This document shows, piece by piece, positions 54,653 through 64,000 of a stretch of DNA of 64,000 bases. The DNA is from Octopus vulgaris (lineage: Eukaryota): NCBI GenBank assembly GCA_951406725.2, contig OX597814.1, positions 123,752,001-123,816,000 of the forward strand, given 5' to 3'. The position numbers and the translations under genes were made by a program. Every line of letters begins with the position of its first letter. The first letter of the stretch is position 1. The notes beneath the pieces are model-generated. The model made no database searches, was not told the DNA's origin, and was given only the letters and a program-made list of their open reading frames with translations.

Positions 54653-54826
54653 ACTGCAAAGCACTGCTGGGTTGTGTGTAACCTTGGTTAAACCAAATAA
54701 GATTTTGATTGGGATTTGGTTGATGGAAATTGCACCAAAATACATTGTGGGTATGTGTCCGTCCGTCCATATATATATATAATCTATGTGTATATGTATG
54801 TATGTATGTATGTATGTGTATATATG

Positions 54827-54865
<39 letters not shown>

Positions 54866-55558
54866 ACATACATATACACACACACATACATATATAAATA
54901 CATGTATGTGTGTGTGTATATATATATATATGTATGCATATATATGTATATATTTGCGCATATATATATATATGTGTGTGAATATATGTATATATTTATG
55001 CATATATACATATATGTATATGTATATGTATACATATATATATATATGTATATGTATATGTGCATACACACAGACACACACACACACACACATACATATA
55101 TATGTAAACACATGCACACATCCACATACACAAGTACCACTGTGTGTGTGGGCGTGTGTATATCTGAGTCCATATGCGTGCTAGTGTTTACCAATGTCAA
55201 ATCGGTGTATTATCAAAAAGCCTAACTTAGTGATTCAATAAATATTGGTTGATTAAATAAGTACAAGAATAAAATAAGTAGTGGGGTCAATATAATCAAG
55301 CAGAACCTTTGATGGTGGTACCCAGCTTGGCCACAGTCCAATGACTTGAACCGGTGAAAGAATAAAAGGCAGAGAATAAAAGAATCAAAGAATATGTATT
55401 TATGTGTGTGTGCGTATGTGTGTATGTGTATGTATGTATACATATATATATATATACATATACATACACACATATATATATATATATGCATATATATATA
55501 TATATATACATACATACACACAAACATACATACATGCATACATATACATACATCCATG

Positions 55559-55602
<44 letters not shown>

Positions 55603-55802
55603 CGTATATATATATTTACATATATACAGATATATACATTTATATATATATAAAAATGAAATATATAGATATATATACATGCATGTATGCATATACATAC
55701 ATATATGCATACATACATGCATATATATATACATACATATATATATATGTGTATATATACATACATATATTTATATCTATACATTTATCTATATATACAT
55801 AT

Positions 55803-55837
<35 letters not shown>

Positions 55838-56262
55838 CACATATATAATGTGTATATATATATATATATACAGATATATATATATGCATTATTACATTAT
55901 GTGCAATTTAGTATGTGTTATGTTTTGTTCTTATATACGAGATGTACGTATATATTTTCTATGCTCTTTTGTGGGTGTATATTTATTTTTATGTGACTGT
56001 ATGTATTTATGAGTTCATAAGAAAGTAAGAATATGTGTTGTGTAGGTGTGTAGTATGTGTGTGTGTATGTAAGAGCATATTTTAGTGAGTATGCTTAAGT
56101 ATATGTTTGTATGTCTGTGGATGTTTCGTAAAAGAAAAATTAAGTGAGTGTGTGTGTATGAATGTGTGTGTGTGTATATATATGAGTGTATGCATTTATT
56201 TGTGTTTGTGTATCGTAATGTAGATTTGTACAAATGAAGTTATATGTATGTGCATGTATGAG

Positions 56263-56294
<32 letters not shown>

Positions 56295-56385
56295 TGTATG
56301 TATGTATGTATGTATGTATGTATGTATGTATGTATGTATGTATGTATGTATGTATGTATAAATGTATGTGTGTGTGTATATGCAA
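54535..56385. repeat. (TA/CA/TG)n compound microsatellite field
   Basis: Direct reading; source of the many YIHT/CVCM ORFs. Confidence 0.95.
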
Positions 56386-56940
56386 GTGTATTTTAGTGAA
56401 TTGAAGCCATGTGCATAATTAAACAGATAAAATGAGCTAAGGGAAATAACTCAATTAGGCCTATGGTATGAATGTAGATAAATAAATTAGGAGTGATTTA
56501 ACTGAATAATATATATACAAAAACTTCTAGATGAGCAAAAGCTTCCTCGTTTAGTTACAGAAAGAAAACAAAACCACAATTGTTTGTGAGTCACCCAAAT
56601 AAAGGGAGATAATTTCAAGACCTCTCAAAATATATTTACATACTTAGGGAAAGGCATATCTCAGGTGTTTGTTTTTAGGCAAGAGGCAACAGGGCCACTT
56701 TCCAGTCTTTTAGACTCATCAGATTAGTATACTCTACTCAAGCATGCTTTCTTTGTACAGAAGACATTCATGTTAAAATACAAATATTTTCCCAGTCCTA
56801 TGCACTAAAAAATACATACAGTCACACAAAAATATGTATATACCTCCTTAACTGCATACAAAATATACTACGTACATTGCGTATATATGCATAAAATATA
56901 ACACATACTAAAGTGCACAGAACACAATGATGCATATATA

Positions 56941-57864
56941 TTGGGTCATCCCATAAATAATGCGGTTTTTTCAATTGCATGAACTAAAAGCTGGAGGGGG
57001 AGGGGATAAACTACCTGCATCAACTTGCTATAAAAATAGGTAGTAATTTTACCTTGTACTTATTCTTAGTGCAAGTTTTGAAGGGTGCAGTTCTATTTTA
57101 AAAGTTATTTTTTCAAAGCTGTGATGGAAGTGACAAAGGAACATATTTGGCATATTTTGCTTTATAAGTTTAATAAAGGCAACAATGCAATGGAAAGTGT
57201 CAGGAATATTAAGGCAGTATAAAGGGATCGGACAATAAGTGTAAACCATTGCCAATGATGTTTCCAGAAATTTCAAACCAGAAACTACAGCCTAGAAGAT
57301 GAGCCTTGTCCTGGAAGATCTATAGAGCTCAACCAGGATATCCTGCACACCCTGGTAGAACAAAATCCCATCATAGCTGTTGAGGAACAAGTAGAGAAGC
57401 TTGGATTTGGTCATTCAACCAGTAATTCAAGTCAGCACTAGAAGAAAGATGACTATCTTTGGTTTCAGAACGGAAGTTGTTCTTCCATGAGGATAATGCT
57501 TGGCCACACACAGTGAGGATGGCGCATTCCATAGGCTGGAGCAGTTTGAATAGGTACAATACTCTACCCACCATATTCGCCGGACATTGTCCCATCTGAT
57601 TATCATTTATTTTGCAGTTTTCAAAATCATTTGGATAGAGAAAATATGAATTCTGTAGATGATGTCAAAACAGCACTGGGGGAGTATTTTGCGTCATGAA
57701 CAAGTCAATTTTGGCAGAGGGGCCTTGCAAGTCTACCAGGTAGATGGAAGAACATTGTAGAAAATGAAAGCAAATATATTTTAGATTAAAAAAGAACTTT
57801 TTCAATCTTAATTTTGAAAAATAAAAGAAGTATAAAAAACTGCATTATTTATGGGATGACCCAA
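56941..57864 (+). mobile_element. Internally deleted mariner with both TIRs
   Basis: TA|ttgggtcatcccataaataatgcggtttttt...aaaaaactgcattatttatgggatgacccaa|TA; remnants HIWHILLYKFNKG, FHEDNAWPH, PPYSPDIVPSDYHLF. Confidence 0.93.
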
Positions 57865-57866
57865 TA

Positions 57867-60800
57867 TCATCATCATCATCATCATCATCATCATTTAGCG
57901 TCCGCTTTCCATGCTAGCATGGGTTGGACGGTTCAACTGGGGTCTGTGAAGCCAGAAGGCTGCATCAGGCCCAGTCTGATTTGGCAGTGTTTCTATGGCT
58001 GGATGCCCTTCCTAATGCCAACCACTCCGTGAGTGTAGTGGGTGCTTTTTACGTGCCACCCGCACAGGTGCCAGACGGAGCTGGCAAACGGCCACGAATG
58101 GATGATGCTTTTTACGTGCCACTGGCACGGGGGCCAGGCGAGGCTGGCAACGGCCAAGATCGGATGGTGCTTTTTACGTGCCACCGGCACGGGGGCCAGG
58201 CGAGGCTGGCAACGGCCATGAACGGATGGTGCCTTTTACGTGCCTGCAGCATGGAGTCCAGTCAGGGCGGCGCTGGCAATGGCCACGATCGAATGGTTCG
58301 CTTACTTGTCACCGGCACTGGTATCACAGCTGCAATTTCCATTGATGTTGATCGACTTCGATTTTGGTTCTGCTTTCTGATATCTGATTTGATTTGGTTT
58401 GATTTTGATTTTGATTTTGATTTTCACTTGCCTCAACGGGTCTTCACAAGTGGAGTTTTGTGTCCCAAGAAGGAAAGGTATGTATAAGTCGACTGGCTAC
58501 ATACCAGGTAGAGGCCACGGATTATGGTCTCACTAGTCTTGCCGGGTCTTCTCACGCACAGCATACTTCCATAGGTCTCGGTCTCTAGTCATTTCCTTGG
58601 TGAGACCTAAAGTTCGAAGGTCATGCTTCACCACCTCGTCCCAGGTTTTCCTGGGTCTACCTCTTCCACAGGTTCCCTCAACCGCTAGGGTGTGGCACTT
58701 TTGCACACAACTATCTTCAGCCATTCTCGTCACATGACCATACCAGCGCAAACGTCTCTCTTGCACACCACAACTGATGCTTCTTAAGTCCAACTTTTCT
58801 CTCAAGGTACTTACACTCTGTCGATTATGAACACTGACATTACACATCCATTGGAGCATACTGGCTTCATTTCTTGCGAGCTTACGCATATCCATGGCTG
58901 TTCGTACACATGCATCATACAGTCTGCCTTTTACTCTGAGCGAGAGGCCTTTTGTCACCAGCAGGGGTAAGAGCTCTCTGAACTTTGCCCAGGCTATTCT
59001 TACTCTAGCAGTTACACTTTCAGCACACCCGCCCCCGCTACTGACTTGGTCACCTAGGTAGCGGAAGCTATCAACTACTTCTAGTTTTTCTCCCTGGAAC
59101 GTGGTAGAAGTTGGTCTCTGCACATTTTCAGTGTTTATTGCTCCTGAGCATCTGCCACAGACAAAAACTATTTTCCTAGTTAGCCTTCCTTTGACATTGC
59201 TGCACCTCTTATGTGTCCATAGCTTACACTTGGTGCATCTTATAGAGTTTCTACCTTCCTACTTATTAGGACTTTGGTTTTGACTAGGTTGATTCTAAGG
59301 CCCTTCAATTCTAATCCTTGCTTCCACACCTGAAACTTCTCCTCCAGTTGGGACAGTGACTCAGAAATTAGAGCAAGGTCATCAGCATAGAGGAGCTCCC
59401 AGGGGCATCCTGTCTTGAATTCCTCCGTTATTGCCTGGAGGACTATGATAAATAGGAGGGGACTGAGGACTGAACCTTGGTGGACCCCAACCTCTACCCG
59501 GAATTCTTCACTGTACTCGTTGCCAACCCTCACCTTACTAGCAGCATCTCTGTACATGGCTCGCACAGCTCTCACTAACCATTCATCTATTCCTAGTTTC
59601 CTCATTGACCACCAGATAAGGGATCGGGGGACCCTGTCGAAGACTTTCTCCATGTCAACGAAAGCCAGGTACAGGGGCTTATCTTTGGCTAGGTATTTCT
59701 CCTGCAGCTGTCTTACCAGGAATATAGCATCAGTAGTACTTTTCCCTGGCACAAACCCAAACTGCATCTCATCTAAGCTAACTCTCTCTCTAATTAGTTG
59801 GGCTATAACCCTCTCCATAACCTTCATTACCTGATCCAGCAGCTTGATACCCCTGTAGTTATTTGTATCTAGGGCATCACCTTTACCTTTGTAGCAGTTG
59901 ACTATTATGCTGCTACACCAGTCATTAGGAATGACTCCTTCGTGTATCACCTGGTTAACTATACGGGTGACTAGGCTATAGCCTACACTACCAGATATTT
60001 TGAGCATCTCTGCAGTAATTCCTGATGGGCCTGGGGCTTTCCTTGTTTTCATGCTTGTAATTGCCTTAACTACTAAGGAACTGTCAACTCGGATTGCTGA
60101 TCATCATCATCATCATCATCATCGTTTAACGTCCGCTCTCCATGCGGTGATCTGGGGGGCCAGAACTATCAACTCGGATAGCTGGTCCCTCTGTTGGGTC
60201 AACATTTGGCAGACTCTCTTTATCCCATTCATTTTCTTTATTCAGCAACCTTTCATAGTGGCATCTCCAAACCTCTCTCTTTGCATCCTCATTTAGCGCA
60301 AGTGAACCATCATCCATGCGAACACACTTCTCTCCTACCACATCACGATTCTCTCTCACACACTGTCTTGCAACACGAAATACCTCAAGTCTTTCATCCC
60401 CACGGCTCAGAACATTGGCAAATTTTTTCTTATCCGCTTTCCCCTCTGGCTAAATAAACCTGTCTCCTAGCTTCCCTTCTGGCTGTCTGATACAATTCCC
60501 TGCTACCACCGTTCTTCCAGTCTCTCCAAGTCTGTTTCTTTTGTCTAATAGCCCTGTCCACCACATTGTTCCACCACCACGTTACTCTGGGTTGAGACGG
60601 GACTTTGCTCCATCCACAGATCTGGTCAGTGGCTGTCAGCAGATTGTCCCGTAGAAATCTCCAGTTGTCTTCCACATGAAGTGAAGCTATATCCCCTTCT
60701 ATTTCGTCAAAGGCTTCGAGTAGTATGTCTCTAAATCTCTGTCCATTTCCAGACCCTTCTCCTCCAAGCTGGTCTTCTTCTGGGCAACCATTTAGCTCTG

Positions 60801-61289
60801 ATCCTGATGTCGCTAACTACTAATCTATGTTGAGGAGTACATTCTTCGCCTGGAAAGGTTTTGGCATTTATAAGCAACCCTCTTTCCCTCTTTCTGGCGA
60901 GGATGTAGTCAATCTGACTAGTGTGTCTGCCAGAACGGTAGGTGACTAGTTGAGAGGTGGGTTTCCTGAAGTTGGTATTGCAAACTATAAGGTCATTTGC
61001 ATCGCAGAACTCCAGCAGCCTGGTTCCCTCCTCATTTCGAGAGCCAAAACCATAGCCACCATGAATGCCATGGAAGCCCCTGACATGCCGGCCAACATGT
61101 CCATTGAAATCACCTGCCACAAAGAGAAGGTCACTGTCATTTGTCAACGAGGTAGTCCGCAATAGGTAGTCATAGAATTGGTCTTTCTGTCCTTTCGGTA
61201 GCCCTGGTTGAGGGGCATATGCCGAGATGATGGTAGCTGACCTATGGTGAAACACTAATCTAATCTTAAGTACTCTATCACTTACTCTG
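57867..61289 (-). mobile_element. RTE-clade LINE, 5'-truncated, with frameshifts and deletions (APE endonuclease, RT, partial PHD-like finger, 3'UTR, GAT tail)
   Basis: APE motifs ISAYAPQ, AGDFNGHVG, SQIDYIL; RT motifs KAPGPSGI, NYRGIKLL, AFVDMEKVFD, GVHQGSVLSP, LYADD; VQERRLRWYGHV. Confidence 0.97.
60100..60162 (-). mobile_element. 63-bp RTE-tail insertion inside the RTE ORF with 22-bp TSD
   Basis: gaact(g/a)tcaactcggat(t/a)gctg at 60078-60099 and 60163-60184. Confidence 0.85.
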
Positions 61290-61490
61290 AAGATGAATGT
61301 CTTCAGAGGTAGTAAGGATATACTGTTGAGATAATGGCTGTGAAACTGTTAACAGTCTCATATCACTATCTCAACATCTATTTCTAATTGGTATATCCTT
61401 ATTACCTCTGAAGAGTTTCATCTTATAATAAATTTAATTTTATAAGTTAATTATCTTAAGATTTCTGAATCAAAACAGCTGTCAGAGATG
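61285..61490 (+). mobile_element. Hairpin cluster with a degenerate hammerhead motif
   Basis: ctctgaagatgaatgtcttcagag hairpin; inverted arms at 61301-61333 and 61367-61413; CTGAAGA GTTTCA...TGAATC AAAAC AGCT GTC AG. Confidence 0.6.
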
Positions 61491-61686
61491 TTGTCATATT
61501 TTATAATTAATAAATAATTTTATTAATTACCTCTCCATTTTTCTCCTTATTCTTTACATATATATATATGAACCACGGTTCATATGGTTATCTTATTGTT
61601 GATCTTTCTATAGATTGGTAACTAACCAGTATTTTCATTGGATTTATGATCCCTTAAGGAGGTTTATTACCTTTACTTGATATATA

Positions 61687-61835
61687 TATAAGGCAAAATA
61701 GGAAAATGGAGAGGATATAAAATTGATAAACATCAGCCAGTAAATATTTCATCATATCTATTTATTAAATGATAACAAACATGTGTTAAGTGGTACAAGT
61801 AAAGGAATATGAGATTAGCCAATAAATACGTAAAC

Positions 61836-61882
<47 letters not shown>

Positions 61883-62232
61883 TGAATTTCCCACATGTTA
61901 GTTTCCTACCATTTGTACTCTCTGAAGAAGCCTTGAGGCTCAACCATTACCCAATCTCTGTCCAATGTTTGTTCATCCCTGTACATCACTGATGTGATGT
62001 GGATGACTTGGTAGAAACGGCCGTAAGTGATTTGTTTCTGTACACTCATCTATTACTATTTACTCATTTCTCTCTATATATCTGTTTGTGTATCTATTGG
62101 CTGATCTCATATTCCTTTACTTGTACCACTTAAACACATGTTTGTTATCATTTAATAAATAGATATGATGTAATGTTTACCAGCTGATGTTCGTCGATTT
62201 TATATCCTCTCCATTTTCTTATTTGCCTTATA
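61687..62232. mobile_element. Fold-back element (arms about 155 bp) with a hammerhead motif in the loop
   Basis: Arms at 61687-61845 and 62075-62232; loop CT CTGAAGA (61922)...GAAAC GGCC GTA AG (62014-62027). Confidence 0.75.
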
Positions 62233-62424
62233 AATCTTGGGTAAATTTCCAATTTACCCCCACCTATACCTAGTATTCAATTGTAATATTGCCATGCAAT
62301 AGTAAGCAATTTGTTAAAAATATGTAGGTACACATCCAGTAGTATATGGATATTTAATATCCCTTAGATGGTTTATTAACCTTAACAACTTATACAGACA
62401 TATATATATATGTGTGTGTGTGTG

Positions 62425-62460
<36 letters not shown>

Positions 62461-62464
62461 TAAA

Positions 62465-62668
62465 GCACCATCCTGGCCTAGCTCTGTCTGGCACCTGTGC
62501 GGGTGGCACTCATACACGGAGTGGTTGGCGTTAGGAAGGGCATCCAGCCGTAGAAACACTGCCAGATCTGACTGGGCCTGATGAAGCCTTCCAGCTTCAC
62601 AGACCCCAGTTGTGTCCAACCCATGCTAGCATGGAAAACGGACGCTAAATGATGATGATGATGATGAT
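62465..62668 (+). mobile_element. RTE 3' end (family C)
   Basis: ggttggcgttaggaagggcatccagcc...gacgctaaatgatgatg. Confidence 0.9.
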
Positions 62669-62673
62669 ATATA

Positions 62674-62762
<89 letters not shown>

Positions 62763-62766
<4 letters not shown>

Positions 62767-62940
62767 AGTGGACAAGTGGAGGAGGAGATTGGGAGGGTTG
62801 GCTTGAGAAGGGAGGATGCTCAAAAAAGTGCAAGATGGCGAGATGGTGTGAAGGTGGCTGCTATGGCATTGAGGTAGATCTGGCCACCTCCGTTAACAGG
62901 AACAAACCCGGATTTAAAATACTGGATATTGATGATGATA
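62763..62940 (+). mobile_element. 3' end of the second GAT-tailed LINE family
   Basis: Homologous to 37670-37870. Confidence 0.7.
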
Positions 62941-63489
62941 CATAGATAGTCAATAAAAGATACAATAAAAGGAGCACACTCTAAAGAAAAGACACAGTTA
63001 ATATGGTGCAATGATCCAGTGGTGTTATCGCTATGGTTATCACTACTGGTCATATGGTTGGTAAAGTAGCTACTGGTGTTAGTGCGGACGTGGCCAGTGG
63101 TGACATTAGGTGCAGGGCTGGTCATCCCATCAGTGTTTAAGAAATATGTTTTAAAACATGTTTCTATGAGTGTGTGTGTATGTGTGTGCATGTGTGTATA
63201 TGTATCTGTGCCTGGGCAAGCATTTATGTTGGTATTATTATTAAAACAAAAATTTAAATTTTGGACATAGAGTTACCAAAGGTTTCATATCCACAAAGCC
63301 AAAGCCTTGTGGATAGCTTGTCAGACTCAATACAAAGTCAAAACGTTTAAACTTTCTACATTGCGAACATGAGGAAATACTCAGAAATTTAAATTTAAAA
63401 CTTAGCATATAAAAGCGTTAATGAGGATGGGATGTCTCCCCTGAACCAAAGGATAAAGCAACCATTATAGACCCGAAAAAGCTTAACTA

Positions 63490-63880
63490 GCAAACGGAGA
63501 GATCCAATTTTCCAGTAGGTAGTGTTTGAAGTGGACACATTTAGAAAAAAACTTCTTTACGGCTATTTAATGCATCAGGTTTAGTAAAGTCCTTAAGAAT
63601 TTTGGCTCTCTCTGCAATGCAGATTTTGCAATGGCCAGTCACATTAATATATGGACCTGGATGATCTATTATTTTCTGATATACATTAGCACTCTGATCT
63701 TTGAGGTGCCACATGTGGCAGGCCATTAACATTGACAACATCTTTCTGGGACTCTGAAGGATGACTGGTGGTTGTGGAAGTGACGTTTGAAAGATGTACT
63801 GGCAGATCTGATAAATTTACAAACTTAGGATGTGGCTATATTTGCACTCCTGGTATATCTCCAATAGGCTCTGGACCTGG
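63490..63880 (-). mobile_element. Second, divergent Penelope-like GIY-YIG relic
   Basis: KFIRSASTSFKRHFHNHQSSFR; HMWHLKD..KIIDH..PYINVTGHCKICIAERAKI..LNSRKEVF, then frameshifted KCVH. Confidence 0.75.
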
Positions 63881-64000
63881 GGATGCTGTTGATAACACCA
63901 TTGTTGATGCAGTCAGTATGGTGCAATGATCCAGTGGTGTTATCGCTATGGTTATCACTACTGGTCATATGGTTAGTGATGTAGCTACTGGTGTTAGTGC

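Noticed and set aside
54540-56385. Many overlapping YIHT/CVCM ORFs
   Set aside because: Dinucleotide and tetranucleotide repeat artefacts
58040-58320. CRISPR-like repeat-spacer appearance
   Set aside because: The intervening sequences are homologous to each other, the array lies in a LINE 3'UTR, the context is eukaryotic and there are no cas genes
59240-60052. Intact, active reverse transcriptase gene
   Set aside because: Part of an RTE copy broken by a 5' truncation, frameshifts, an insertion and deletions

Overview
AT-rich eukaryotic genomic DNA packed with microsatellites and repeats. The SINE/RTE repertoire most resembles an octopus (coleoid cephalopod) genome; this is an inference, not a database result. 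Almost all ORFs in the supplied track are artefacts of simple repeats. Real content: (i) dozens of copies of 4-5 SINE/LINE-tail families; (ii) RTE-clade LINEs, including a decayed 3.4-kb APE-RT copy at 57.9-61.3 kb, plus HERO-like and R4/Dong-like relics; (iii) several Tc1/mariner relics and MITEs, and piggyBac-like, Merlin-like and Tc2/pogo-like non-autonomous elements, often nested with visible TSDs; (iv) two Penelope-like GIY-YIG relics; (v) one plausible host first coding exon (51009-51206). The most striking unexplained structure is a set of more than 10 sequence-unrelated elements, many of them long fold-back inverted repeats. Each carries a type I hammerhead-ribozyme signature (CUGANGA...GAAAC-palindrome-GUH), often with an unusually long stem II. 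They include a 170-bp TSD-flanked mini-element and a retrozyme-like tandem array. All calls were read by eye; no folding or searches were run.
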